Part shown: one piece after another, positions 41,882 to 57,035 of the stretch
Layout of the letters: each line of letters starts with the position of its first letter
Numbering within the stretch: the stretch's first letter is position 1
Assembly (NCBI GenBank): GCA_964016885.1
Contig: OZ024741.1
Location: 235,724,001-235,788,000, forward strand
DNA: 64,000 nucleotides
Direction: 5' to 3'
Origin: Eledone cirrhosa
Lineage: Eukaryota
The notes under the pieces: generated by a model
What the model was told of the DNA's origin: nothing
What the model saw: the letters and a program-made list of their open reading frames with translations, nothing else
Database searches by the model: none
Program-made: the position numbers and the translations under genes

Positions 41882-41885
<4 letters not shown>
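40370..41885 (-). mobile_element. Degenerate Penelope-like (Neptune-type) RT + GIY-YIG element
   Basis: Minus strand motifs: HCRKTLLF..PWIKK, VCDLLGLF, GLYRDDGLA, FNFLDI..YRPFHK, EK..I..LN.R...CPH. Confidence 0.8.
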
Positions 41886-41968
<83 letters not shown>

Positions 41969-42149
41969 ATATATATAGCGAGGGAAAAGTGGTAAGGAAC
42001 CAGGTGGACCATAACGCACCAAAGTACTCAATACTTAGGGTAGTAGAGTGGGTAATAGGAGTAAGTAAGACCCCGACGGCTGAGCTCAAGCCGTTTCGAC
42101 GGCTAATTCTGTACTCAATAATTCTGTACTATATATAATTCTGTACTAT

Positions 42150-43740
<1,591 letters not shown>

Positions 43741-44984
43741 CACTGTACGAAGTCGAAATTCTCGGCGTTTGAAGCGTTGAGAATATATGTATCTATATAA
43801 AGAAAGTATTCAAGCACAGAAATGCTGTAACGATAGCTTATAAAATAGCGAAGACCCTTAAAAGACGGAAAAAGAAATTGCTATCTTTATAGTATTTCTT
43901 CGCTTGAATACTTTCATCTGCTTTCCACGCTGGCATGGGTTGAATATGTTTCCACGGTTTAAAACTAGATTGGTCACTGAACCACGTCTTGACGCTTACA
44001 TGTCATAATTTGTATAGTTTCTATGGTTGGGTGTCCTTCCTAATACCAACCGCTATACAGATTGTACTGGGTTCGTTTTATCGTGACACTAACATTAGAG
44101 ATATTGTCAAGTCCATAATAGAACAAAAAGCTCCCCTCTACCTTACATTGTCTTGGTTTGTGCATATACCATTGTAATACTAATACTAGAAAAGTTGTTT
44201 CAGCTCCTACGAGCTAAAGGGTCCTCTCTCTTCCATATAGTCTCCGGTCTCCCATTATGCTTACTTTCAATCTTAGTTGAAGTGGGTATGCATGGGCAGA
44301 CAGCCAACTACATAGGTGGGAACTGCCTGGTCAGTTTGGAAGGAAGCGAGAGTGTGTCTGTGACAGAGTGGAGAGGAAGACTGTACTGTCTGGGATCAAC
44401 ATTTCTTGTTTATATAATGGCTAGATCCTTGAAACATAAAGCAGATGACCTTTTCTTTTAAACAAAGGTAGTAATTCAAATGGTGACTTGTGAGCTCAAA
44501 CAAAGGAATTGGTATCTAAGTTAGCCAGACGAGGTTGTTAGCGGAGACAGCCGGCATCTTTGACAGACCCCTGGGTGAGCTGAAACCACTCACCCTAGCC
44601 ATTCTCAGTTCTTATGCAACATTTTGAACCAGTATATGCTCCAATATACTGGTGGCTGACACAATCTCGGATGGTATGCTACAAACTCGCATGATGTTCC
44701 ATAATAATGGTCTGTGAAGTATATTAAATACTTTAGTAAAGTCAATGAATGTGATGGCAAGTGGTACTTAGAATTCATTGCATTTCTTGATGTGGCATTG
44801 TAGAATAAATATTTGATCGGCACAGGAGCGTTTGGGTTAGAATTCAGCTTGTTGTTCACGCAAGACATGATCGACTGCCTCTTTCATTCGATTCAGGAAT
44901 AACCTGGCAGCACACCATCCCTGGAATAGATAAAAGTGTTAACCCCCCCCCCCCCCCACACCTCCCCCCAGTTGTCACATTCTG

Positions 44985-45310
44985 TAAGATTATCCTTTCT
45001 GGGGGTCGATGCAGGTAAGTGCTACATTTTTCCTGTCTTCCGGTACCTCACCTGTATTCCATATCTGTTTGCAAAACTGACACAAACATGAGGTGACGCA
45101 TTTTCCTCCACCTTCTAGCTTCTCTACAGAAATGCTATCCATACTTGGCAACTTATTGTTTTTTAGGGTTTGGATGGTCACCAGTATTAATTAGGAGATA
45201 AGAGGGTTCTTCGGTTACTGTCAGAGAGTCAGGCTCAGGTCGAGTTAGTACTTCCTTGAAGTGCTCGGCTCATCTCACAAGTTTATCTTTGCATTTCTCT
45301 CTCAACATTT
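44985..45310 (-). mobile_element. RTE-like RT fragment
   Basis: LKNNKLPSMDSISVEKL..IWNTGEVPED..KG, a region-0/1 motif. Confidence 0.65.
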
Positions 45311-45465
45311 TGTATGGGGAAAATAGTTTCGGTTTACAAACATTTCGAGTAACGAACATCCATCAGCAACGAATTAAGAACGAATTAAGTTCGTGAATCA
45401 AGGTTCCACTGCATATGTGTGAGTGTTTATATGTTTATATATATATATGTGTGTGTGTGTGTGTC

Positions 45466-46064
<599 letters not shown>

Positions 46065-46075
46065 ATGTATGTATG

Positions 46076-47203
46076 TTCTTCTGGTTTTATAATTTCACAA
46101 ATTTTTTTTCCCCCAATAGAGAGTCGGTTTCTAAGATAGACACAAGACTCTCTCATTGGAATTTACACAACATCAACTAGGTAGGTTATGTATGCATGTA
46201 TGCATGTGTAGATATGGGTGTTATTGTATGTGTGGATGTGGATGTTTTGAGTTGTATGTGTGCAAGTGCATATGCTTTGTATCTGTACATGTGTATATGT
46301 AGTTATTAGATGCAAAATTTTTGGAATGTTTTACATATTTTTACTGTTCCATTAATGGATTGTACTTGTAATTTCCTAACTAGTTGTGTTCTTTCTGTTC
46401 CTGTGAAGCCCAGCTTCTCAAGATTTGTATTGAGGCAGTTACTGACATACCCCAGTGCCCCAATAATCACAGGCATAAATTTGAAGGTGTAATCAGGGTG
46501 GAGCATCTGCAGATTTCTCATCAGTTCTGCATAAATATTCTCCTTTTCGCTAATATTTGATATTATATTGGCATCTGCTGGGCAGCTAATTTCCACTACT
46601 GTGCATACTTTCTTTTCCCATATCATTATATCTGGTCTGTTATGTCTGCATTTTAATGGGGTTTTTACTGGAACATTCCTCCAGTACTCTTTCATATTAT
46701 GTACATGGATGTCTTCCACATTGGTGTAGCTTTTAATGTGTTTATTATCGGGGCTATCTTTTCTACGAATTGCATTGTACAGTGTTTTGGCCACTACATC
46801 ATGCCTCGTAGGTAGATAGTACCGTGATAACATCTTTTGGCAGTTGCTGATGAGATGGGTGACATCTTCGATGTTAATTCTGCAGAGTCTGCACTTGTTA
46901 TCACATCTAGGTGTTTTGCTTGCATCCCTAACTCTTTTGTGAATCAGGTATTTTGTGTTAATTTCCTGTTCTTGGATTGCAAAAGCGTATCCTTCAAAGT
47001 GGGAGCCAATATAGCGGTTGTTGGTCCAAGATAGACTACTTTCCTTATCTATATTACTTTCACTCTGGAGCTTCCTGGCAACACATCCATGCATGATTTT
47101 TTGCTGATAAGCATGCAGTTTTTCAGCAGTATCGCAGTGAATCCTTGGATTCACTGCGATACTGCTGAGCAACTTCCCTAGGTGTGAGTTTTTGATTATC
47201 ACA
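46076..47203 (-). mobile_element. R4/Dong-clade family B, 5'-truncated copy 2
   Basis: ORF 46306-47202: EGYAFAIQEQEI.TKY, CRLC..H..C, RHD, NRPDIMI..EISCP. The 3' end abuts CATACATACAT. Confidence 0.9.
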
Positions 47204-47226
47204 GGGAATAATGATGGGTATCACAA

Positions 47227-47318
47227 AATAATGATGGGTATGAAGCTAAAGGTGTATCTTGGATAGTGGATTTGTAAACTCCTCATCAATGGTCCGTAGA
47301 TGTCCTCCTTCTCCTGTA
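47227..47318 (-). mobile_element. Internal fragment of family A fused to the 5' end of family B
   Basis: Near-identical to 47558-47649 (IQEKEDIYGPL..FIPII). Confidence 0.85.
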
Positions 47319-47320
47319 TG

Positions 47321-49245
47321 TTTTCTCTTTCTCTTAATTTCGAGTATATTTTTTTGACCGGCCACCTTCCTGGTGGCAAGGTTGTAAAAGAAAAGAAATT
47401 GTCATCCCTTGAATCGCAAGAATGTTTTGCATATTTTGAAGGTGCCAGCTATCGCAGCCATTTGTAGACTATGAATTAGGGAGCTGCGCTTTTTGTCCGC
47501 AAATCCAAGTTCGGTCATACTTTGGTCCAAGCGGGTTGGTATATAACCCGTAGCACCAATAATGATGGGTATGAAGCTAAAGGTGTATCTTGGATACTGG
47601 ATTTGTAAGCTCCTCATCAATGGTCCGTAGATGTCCTCCTTCTCCTGTATTTTTCTGACAACGTTTACATCAAGTGGGCAGCTGATCTCCACAACAGAAC
47701 ACGTTTTCAATGTGTGGTCCCAAACTACAATATCAGGCCGGTTGTGCTTTAATTTGGTGGCAGTTTTTATTTTCAGGTTCCACCAGTATTCCTTAGTGCC
47801 ATCTGTCTCAATATATTCTTCCTCGTTTGTTGTTAATTTTGTTTTCCGAAGTGCGTTCCAGATAGTTCTAGCTATCCCATCGTGTCTCATGGGGAGGTAG
47901 TAGCGAGATGACATTCTTTCGCAGCTGGCAACAATGTGGCTTACATCCTCGATCTTTGTTTTACATAGCCTACATTTATTGTCAGCTGCTGGCCCTCCTC
48001 TTTTGTGCAGCAGATATTTGGTAGGGAGTTCTTGTTCCTGTATTGCATAGAGATATCCCTCAAGGTGTGATGTCATAAACTTGTCGGAACTCCATGCCAG
48101 GCTTTTTGAGTGGTTTATCCCCTCTATGGTCTGTGTTTTACGCCTCAAGTATCCATGCACAACTTTCTCTGTAAATTGGTCAATTTTTTTTTCTTGTTTG
48201 AACATTGAATAGGATCTTCCGATTTCTCTGGGTGAGAGATTTATATCAGGCTTTATTCCATATCTCTCCTCCAGATCAGTCGCTATTCTAATGATATTTC
48301 TTTTTTCATGCTCATAAACCTGAGCAAGATGGTCGCCAACCTTTTTCCTCTGTTGAAGGTGTTGCTTCAGTGTTACTATCCGGGTCTCATATGTTGTTAA
48401 TATTGATTTTAGACCCCGGCCACCTTCCTTGCGTGAGAAGTATAGCCTATCCACATCACCATTGATGTTAAAGTTCCCAGTAACACTGAGAAGTTTACGA
48501 GTTCTAACATCCATCTCACTTAGTTCTTGCAATGACCAGTTCAGTAGGCCAAATGTTGGCGTTATAATTGGCACAGCATAGGTATTGTGGGCAATGTATT
48601 TGTTGTATGCTGACAGTTCTGATGACCATATTTTTTTTACTCTTCTGAGGTATTCAGTTCTGGTTCTCTCCTTATTTATGGGTCCATCATATCTGACATT
48701 CTCATCCTGTCCAAGATATCTGTAGTTGTCACCTGACTGCAGAGGTTGTATTGTCAGGCCGTTCATATCTAGATTTCTAGAGGAGGGCACAGCTCTTCCA
48801 CGTTTTACTGCCAAATATGCACACTTGGACTCACCAAATTTCATTTTGATGTCGGTTGAAAATTGTGTAATGAGGTCCAATTGTTTCTTGATGTCATTGA
48901 TATTTGGCCCATACAACTTCAGGTCATCAACAAAGAAAAGATGGGAGATACTTCTGGGCCCACTTCTTTGTCCACCTTGTTTCCTGAGTAGGTAAGATAG
49001 TGGATTCAGTGAGAGAACGAAGAGTAGTACTGACAAGCTATCACCCTGAAAGATGCCCTTCTGGTAATGTATCCTATCAGTCTTAACCTGCTCCTTCTCA
49101 CCTCTAAGGATCAAATTGGTGTACCAGTTCTTGGTCAGGCGTTCAACAGCAGCTACTAATGGTTGTGGGACTTTAGCTAACTGTAAAGCCTTAATAATCC
49201 ACCCATGAGGTACACTATCAAATGCTTTTTGATAGTCCAGCCACA
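47321..49245 (-). mobile_element. R4/Dong-clade family A, 5'-truncated copy 2
   Basis: Highly similar to 1478-3401. The 5' junction is CATACAT|GTGGCTGG and the 3' junction is GAAAA|CATAC. Confidence 0.93.
47402..49245 (-). CDS. Open but 5'-truncated RT (from WLDYQKAFD) + CCHC + RLE endonuclease frame
   Basis: Uninterrupted part of ORF 47402-49405. The upstream ~53 codons are flank and (YIHT)n microsatellite read-through. Confidence 0.8.
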
Positions 49246-50269
49246 TGTATGTATGTATGTATGTATGTATGTATGTATGTATGTATGTATGTATGTATGT
49301 ATGTATGTATGTATGTATATATGTATAAATTAATAAAAGAAGAGGAAAGGAACCACATGCGTCACAGGTGATACTATAATATTGCCAACAAGTACAAGAC
49401 TTCATGGTCGTTGGCTGTCGAAATGGACGTATACAGTTGTGACCTCTCCTGATAGTATTGCTGGTTCATCCGGAGTCACAAGGTCTGGATACTTATATAG
49501 CCCCCTCTCTCATGTCATGCACTCACACATATATATACAATAGATATATATGCAACTCCTTAGTAGCTATCAGAGCTGTACTCCCACCACAAAACTACTA
49601 TCACCACAAAATCATGACTTCATACTCTCCACCAGCCCCCCAGTTATCACTTCCTGAACACAGCTGCCTTGGGACATGACATTCTCCTCCCCCTATCTCC
49701 TCCCCAAAGGACAAAGAGGGCTCGTCAATTAAGTAATTGACTTGTAGTCTCCCTAGTATTTGTGTCACGATAAAATGTACCAAGTACACAGAACATCTTG
49801 CTACACAAACCATGCCAAAAGAGTTGAGGTAACTCTTCAGTTATTTCACAGACATGAAAATATCTCTAGTGCTGTGTAAAGTGGTTTACATTAAGAGCAT
49901 CTAGTTGAGAGCATTCTACAGTTGTGTAAAGGACACAACAAACTCCATATTGTTGGTGGCTGGATAAAATACAGCCACCACACTCTGTAAAGTAGTTGGT
50001 GGTAGGAAAGGCATCGAACAATAGAAAAATTGCTAAACAGGATTGGGAAGGTGTCGAGGGTCTGTTAACATACCTTGTGCTGGTGCCATGATAAAATGTA
50101 CCTAGTACATTCTGCAAAGTGCAAGAACATAGGTGAGTGAGATCTAAGTCCCTAGACATCTCTGAGGCCTGTGGTTATGACTCAATGATGACTTGGTCTG
50201 TGATGACTTGGCCAACCTATTCTTGTATTGTAAAACAGCTGTTGAATGATGATGATGATACAGACACAT

Positions 50270-50337
<68 letters not shown>

Positions 50338-50844
50338 TCATCATTATCATCATTTAATAGCTGTTTTCCTTGCTAGTAATGGCTGGACATAAGCAAGTGT
50401 TGGATATATATAAACACACACACAAACGCATGCGTGTGTGTATCAGTTCCTTCCGTATCTCAAACAATGATAGAAACTGAATAAGCCTGTCTGTTTACAT
50501 GTGTGTATGTGTGTATATATGCGTCTATATGTTGGTTGTCTATGTGTTTATGTAAGTATTTACTGTCTATGAATCTGTGTGTGTTTGTTTGTTCTCTCTC
50601 TCTCTCTGTTTTATATATGTAATGTCTAAATGGTGTGGGTGTGACAATATCTTTCTGTCTTTGCAGACACATAGCCGGACATGAAGGTTGAGCTAACAGC
50701 ATTATCTCTTTGTCTCTTTGTCACTGTCTGTCTGTTTGTCTTGCGTCCGTCTGTTTGCCCGTTTGTCTGTTTGTCTGTCTCTGTTTCTGTGTCTATCTAC
50801 TGGTTGAAATTTTACTTATCTACATGTCTATCTGTCTCTTTCAT

Positions 50845-50918
<74 letters not shown>

Positions 50919-51120
50919 TCTTTTACCTGTTTCAGCCATCCGGCTGAGGCCATGCTGGGGCACCGCATAGACATATATATATGTAGAAGTTCTATTTAAT
51001 TTGTTGGGATACAACAAGCAAATATTTTTATAACTGATATAAAGCACTCAACAAATGATTGGAGTAAAAATACGATATATTAACAAATGGAAACTATATT
51101 TATAAAACCATATTTATTTC

Positions 51121-52453
51121 GTTTCTGATTTTGTTTAGCAAGATTCTTTATCTGAAAACGTGTGTTGAAACCGATATTGTTATACTTTGGGAGGGTCATG
51201 TTGCCAATAAGAAACACACGCACCAGTTGCTTTCACTTCAATTTATTATAAATTAAATTTATAAATTTCCGGTTGGTTGGTTCCACAACCAGATGGTTGT
51301 TTATATTTCGTCACACATTCTGTGACCTCTTCAGTGACTGGGGATTCTTTTCTTTGTTTTTGTGCCTCTCCTTTGTCCTGTCCTGCGCCATCTTGTTTCT
51401 GTGTGTGTGTTGTGTGCTCAGTCTGCGCATGCGCCACATCCGGGTGTCTGTGTGTGTTTATATTCGTTTATTTATTTGTTTATTTACATGTTACTGGTTG
51501 GTTGTTTGTTCTATGTGCGTGTGTGTTTTCATTTTGTCCTTAATTGTAAGTTGTGATGTTGCTATTCCACTCATGTTTTCTATTTAATTTTGGTTGTAAT
51601 TCTTTTATGTTTATTGCCTCTGTGATTTGTCTAAACATTGCGTCTTTTCTGTGTGTAGATTCTATTTTTATTTCTATGTTCTCTAATTTACCCTTATGTT
51701 CTATTTTAGCATGTTGGTAGAGTACAGATGATTCTTTACTATCTTGAAGGTCTCGCCAGTGTTCATTTATCCGTTCCCCTACATTACGAGCTGTCTCACT
51801 ATGTACACTATATTTTTATCTCTACATTGTCCTTCAGTACATCTTATGCTATATACTACATTTCTAGTTTTACAGTTAATATGGGGGCTTAATTTACAGG
51901 TTATACATTTCTTATCTATACAGGAGGGTCTTTGAAAAGGGTATGTCTTGCTAATAAGTGTTTTTATGGAGGTACCTGGTCTTTCTACTATCTTAATATT
52001 GAGTTTATGTTTATCTAGGGCCCTTCTAAATTTGTAAGCTAATTCACCTCTAGGGGTTGTATCGATGAACATTACACTCTGGTATTTATTGCTATCATAC
52101 CATGAGTTTATTCTATTAGCCTTATTCCTAGTTCTTTCTATTCTATTCCAAAATTTGCTCCTATAAAAGGGGCAGGTCCCATTTGTGTCATTATTTACCA
52201 TTTTTTCCCATTTGGTTCTGGCTCCTCTATGCACTCTGATTTTATCTCTCTGATTGTAACCAGAGAACTGCATACGGTGGATGAAGTGTTGTATGTGTCT
52301 CTCTAGTTCTTCGGGGTTGCACATGCGGGACACGTTTCTCATCACCCGTACCAAATCCGCAATCAGTATGTTGATTTTGGTATGGTTCGAAACAGCTGAG
52401 TTTCGGTGGATCAGAATTTGGAAGTCATGGGTTTGGCATAATGGGAATGGAGG
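51121..52453 (-). mobile_element. Penelope-like element family P1, 5'-truncated: RT thumb + GIY-YIG + pLTR
   Basis: NCKTRNVVYSIRC..C..VYI[frameshift]ETARNVGERINEH..RQITEA.NI..LN, stop at 51540. The 3' UTR matches 7288-7660. ATTTATTTC on both flanks. Confidence 0.9.
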
Positions 52454-52456
52454 ATT

Positions 52457-52521
52457 TATTTCATTATACATATTTCAAGGACACCAAGTTAAATTATGGT
52501 GTGCTTTCATCAGATAAAATA
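52457..52521 (-). ncRNA. Minimal hammerhead motif (family P2, left arm)
   Basis: Reverse complement of 52614-52678 with one difference. Confidence 0.7.
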
Positions 52522-52613
52522 TAATATAGATCAGTTTATCCGGAGCTTCCAACAGAAATGGTCGCATTCTTTAAGGGTATGTCAATATTTATTTATAAAA
52601 CTGATCTATATTA

Positions 52614-52678
52614 TATTTTATCTGATGAAAGCACACCATAATTTAACTTGGTATCCTTGAAATATGTATAATGAAATA
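52614..52678 (+). ncRNA. Minimal hammerhead motif (family P2, right arm)
   Basis: UAUUUUAU-CUGAUGA-AAGcacACCA..UGGUaucCUU-GAAA-UAUGUA-UA-AUGAAAUA. Confidence 0.7.
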
Positions 52679-52709
52679 AATTTGGTTTTATAAATATAGT
52701 TTCCATTTG

Positions 52710-52778
<69 letters not shown>

Positions 52779-53180
52779 GAGAGAGAGATGGAAAAGAATG
52801 AAACGAAATTTCATTTCCCACTCTTAGTACGGCTGTTACTTAAATGTAAGTATGTATACGTACATACATATATATATATATATATATATACTTACAGTAG
52901 TATGTATATATATATACATACATGCACACATACATATATGTACGTATGGGTTTACCGAACATTTATTATAATGCTCGGTTTGTTTGTAAACAAACGAACA
53001 GCCCGAATTACGCCGTACAGTGATCGGAAACCATCGTCGCCTTTTTGTTCAACACTGACACAGGAACAAAATTTCCTTGAGCTCATTATATTATGGGGAT
53101 TAACGCGAGTCCTTCAGTCTGTTACTTCATTTGATATGTGTGTGTGTGTATGTGTATGTGTGTGTGTGTGTGTGTGTGTA

Positions 53181-54505
53181 CAGGGTGGGGACATAGAATT
53201 GGTGTGGCCAACTGAGTTCAGGAAAAAAAAAAGCATAACATTTTTATTTTTTAAGACTTATTGAAAATTCAAGATACACGAAGATATTAGACCTGTATAC
53301 TACATATTCAATAAAACCCCTGCTGGCTTTTATAAGCTCCTCGAGTTGACCTCGGAATTGGGAACAGATGCATTTCCCAATTGCAGCTGACAAATCTTTG
53401 AATGTCTGATAAATGTGTTGCTTCGGCTCATTCTTTGTGTTGCAGGCAGTCTTGTTGATGACTCTCTCTGATAAATGTGTTGCTTCGGCTCATTCTTTGT
53501 GTTGCAGGCAGTCTTGTTGATGACTCTCTCTGATAAATGTGTTGCTTTGGCTCATTCTTTGTGTTGCAGGCAGTCTTGTTGATGACTCTCTCTGATAAAT
53601 GTGTTGCTTCAGCTCATTCTTTGTGTTGCAGGCAGTCTTGTTGATGACTCTCTCAATCATGGAATTGCAGTCTGGAGAGTTATGAGGCTACATGTCCTGG
53701 CTGACATGGTCATAAAAGTTGTCCAAGAGCTACTTTTCAATCTTCTTGGGCATGTGTGTTGATGCAGAACCTTGCTGGAAGACATAAGGTTCTTCTCCTG
53801 CTACCGCTTCAATCCAGGGCCTCACCACCGCGTGCAGAAGCCCCTGGTACAAATCCTGGTTCCCCTTCAACCCACATTAAAGATGTGAGGAGAATAACAT
53901 GTCCCTCATGCCAAATACCATGATGTGGACAGGAAACTTAGTTTTCATGGCCCTGGGAATATCATGTGGGTTTGTTGTGTGTCTTGTTCTGGCAAAATTT
54001 GTTTTATCTGAGAAAAACCATAACATGTTTGATTCCAAGGGATGTTTCAACTTGTTCAACAGCTTCTTGGACCTCTTCACACAGTTCTCCTTGGATTTCT
54101 GAGTGAGCAGCTGTCTTGTCCGTCTTGTAACAAAGGTCTTCATTCACACAAGCTCTAACACTCTTTGTATCACAGTCCAGATGTCTGGCAATCTTGTGTA
54201 TCGCAATGGAGGGGTCTTCCTCAAAGAATTGCTCAACTTTTTGGATGAAATCAACATTCTCACCCTTTATTTACTGCAATTATGAGTTTTCCTAGCAGCC
54301 AGTGTCATCATCAAAGTTATTGTCCTTTAACTCCTTCCTCACCCTCTGAACTGTACACAGAGAGAGCTTTAAATTGTCAACAATTTTTTAAAGTCAGGTA
54401 CATTATGAAAGGAAAGCATTTTAGATCATAGATTAAATCATAGCTTTCAAAATAGTATTCTAATTTTTGGTTAAAAAGAGGCGCCAATTTAAAATCTGCA
54501 CCTTG
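53181..54505 (-). mobile_element. Degenerate Tc1/mariner-superfamily transposon (maT-like)
   Basis: TA|CAGGGTG..AATTGG and CCAATT..CACCTTG|TA. Remnant motifs WFFSD, MVFG, VFQQGSA..H, NSPDCN. Confidence 0.8.
53406..53654. repeat. 62-bp tandem repeat x4 inside the transposon
   Basis: CTGATAAATGTG at 53406, 53468, 53530 and 53592. Confidence 0.95.
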
Positions 54506-54513
54506 TATATGTA

Positions 54514-54859
54514 TCATCATCATCATCATTTCATTTTACGTCCGCTTTTTCCCTGCTTGCAAGGGTGGGACGGGAACTGATTCTGGCTTGATTTCTACAG
54601 CTGGATGCCCTTCCTAACACCAACCTCATTTACAGTGAGTGCTGGGTGGTTTTTTGTCGTGGCACCTGCACGACCACTTTGCAGTGGAATGATATGGGCC
54701 CCAGTCCCTATCATCTCATTTCTACAGCTGAGTAAACTGGAGCAATGTGAAATAAAGTGTCTTGCTCAAGGAAACAACACATCACCCGGTCTGAGAATTG
54801 AACTCACAACCTTTCGATTGCAAGGCCAACGCTCTAACCACTAAGCCATGTGCCTCCAT
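54514..54859 (-). mobile_element. tRNA-derived SINE S1
   Basis: Full-length copy. Confidence 0.9.
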
Positions 54860-56299
54860 TATGTATATATATACATATGTATGATATATATGTATATATA
54901 TACATATGTATGATATATATATTGTTTGTGGTGGTCGATAGAATTTTGCGTTTCTATAACATCGGCCCTCATTAGTAATAGTATTAGTAGCAATAATTAT
55001 AATACTATCTACTATTGACATTACAGCCCGAGTTGTTTGGTAGTGTGGACATTGTTGCTACTGCTGCTGTTGTTGATGTTGCTGTTGCTGTTGTTGTTGG
55101 TGGTGTTGTGGTTGTTGTTGGTGTTGTCATTGTAATTACTGTTGTTGTCATTGATGTTGTTGCTGCCTGATGGGAAATTGTAACCTGATACCAATACCAA
55201 ACTCCACACCATCCTGTCGAGGGAGTTCATTGTCCTGCATCCTGTTTTTGATAGTGGTTAGTAATAGGAAGGGCATCTAGCCTTAGAAAAATTGTCAAAA
55301 CATGACAACCTCCTTAGTGATTGTGCCATGATAAAATGCACCTAGTAGAGTGTGGCACCTTATGGAAGCGAGAATGCAGGCTCTTGGCCTGTCTGGGATG
55401 TCTGTAAACCTGCTTCAGCACTGATTCAGTCTGTGTAGATCCATCCTACCCATGCTAGCAGGAAAAGTGTACATTAAATGATGATTATGATATATATATA
55501 TATATAAATACATATATATCATCAGGAGGGAAGCTAGGAGACAAGTGTACTTCGCAAGAAGAGAAGCAGAGGAAAGAAAGTTCAAGCATGTTCTACAACG
55601 CGAGGACTAAAAACGTGAGGAAGGACCGCAGCAAACCAAGTAAGTGCTCAAGCAGAGCTACTGACATCTCAGATTATTTGGGGGCCTATTTCCATTACAT
55701 ATGCTTATGTAACTGTCCGACGTGCTCAGGCAGGCATGGGGCTTGCATCACATTTACAATAAAGTTTATATGTTCTATCAAGTACACTAGGGAAGTTGTG
55801 ATGCATTTGACACAGCTGAAAAGTCCTCCAAACCCCTTTGTTTGACAGGTTTTTCTATGGCCTTCCTATCACCAACCACTTAACAAAATGTACTGAGTGT
55901 ATTTATCATAAATAAAGATGTTGGCATGTCTTTGACACAACTGGAGGATTCTCTTGACTCTTTTTTCATAGTTTCCAGCACAAGGAAGATTTTGGTCATT
56001 GACTCAATTGAAGAGCTCTCCATACTGTAAAGGTGGGGGATTTCTGACTGATGTTAGGATTTTAGGGTGGGGGTGGGGTAGGGGGGGATCTTGGGAAGAG
56101 GTATAAACTTGGATAGAGTGTGGATGTAGGATGTGGTGACCTCCAGTAGTGTGGGAGGTACTGTGGTTGAGGACAGATATAACTGGAGATGGTGAATGAC
56201 CCTAGGTGGAATGGTGAACCTAGATAGTGTTGGTGTTAAGGTTTTGAGGGAATTCCCAGCTAGGGCAGGGTGACATGAAAGGGTGGAAAGAAATGAAGC

Positions 56300-57035
56300 G
56301 AGCATGCCTTGATGAATGTGCAATGATAATGTGTGTGAACGGAGTTGAGAGAAGAACTAGGTAGAAAATTAATCAGTTGTAGTGTGCAGGAGAGAAAACT
56401 GCTTTGGTATGGACATATAATGCATATGAATGGTGATTGCTGGGTGAAGAAGTGCCTAGAAATCCCATTGGAAGGAAGCCACAGTAGAGGAAGATCAAAC
56501 AAGCCATTGGAGCTTGTCAAAGATGATCTGAAATTGCTGAAGCTTACAGAGATGACGGAGTGCTGCAATGAATTGAGTGATGGCTAAAAGTGGATGTAAA
56601 GCAATGATGACTATAATGATAATATATATATATATATATCATCATCATCATCATCATCGTTTTTACGTCTGCTTTTCCATGCTTACATGGGTTGGATAGA
56701 TCATTCTCAAAACGGAGTCTCTGCACATGTCATGATCTGTGACTTCCTTCCACTGGCATTTCCTGGCACTTCTCTACCCCCCAATCATTATCCATGCACA
56801 TTACATGTCCTGCACACCACCTCAAATTCCTCTTAAACCCAGCTTCTTCTTCAACTCGTCCAAGCTCTGCCTCTATCTCACTCTTACATTGCACACCCAA
56901 TAGAGCATGGTGGTTTCATTTCTCTCCGGTCTGTGCATGTCCTCTGAGAGTCACAACCCATGTTTTACTACCATGTAGTATTGCACTTTGCACATGGGTG
57001 TCATATAGCCAACTTTTTATACATAGGGAGAAGCC
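56300..57035. mobile_element. Two RTE 3' fragments tail-to-tail (+ 56300-56620; - 56640-57035) around (TA)n
   Basis: RKLLWYGHIMHM..WVKKC..EG..RGR on the + strand; an RTE tail and similar motifs on the - strand. Confidence 0.7.

Noticed and set aside
49246-49405. N-terminus of the 667-aa ORF as a domesticated RT gene start
   Set aside because: It is flank plus (YIHT)n read-through fused to a 5'-truncated RT that lacks its first motifs.
51301-51339. Hammerhead in the second P1 pLTR
   Set aside because: CUGAAGA, helix II and GAAA are present, but the cleavage triplet and helix I partner are deleted relative to 7496-7540.
53406-53654. Regular direct repeats as a possible CRISPR array (also 18214-18830 and 19770-20660)
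   Set aside because: Head-to-tail units without unique spacers, no cas genes, and a eukaryotic context.
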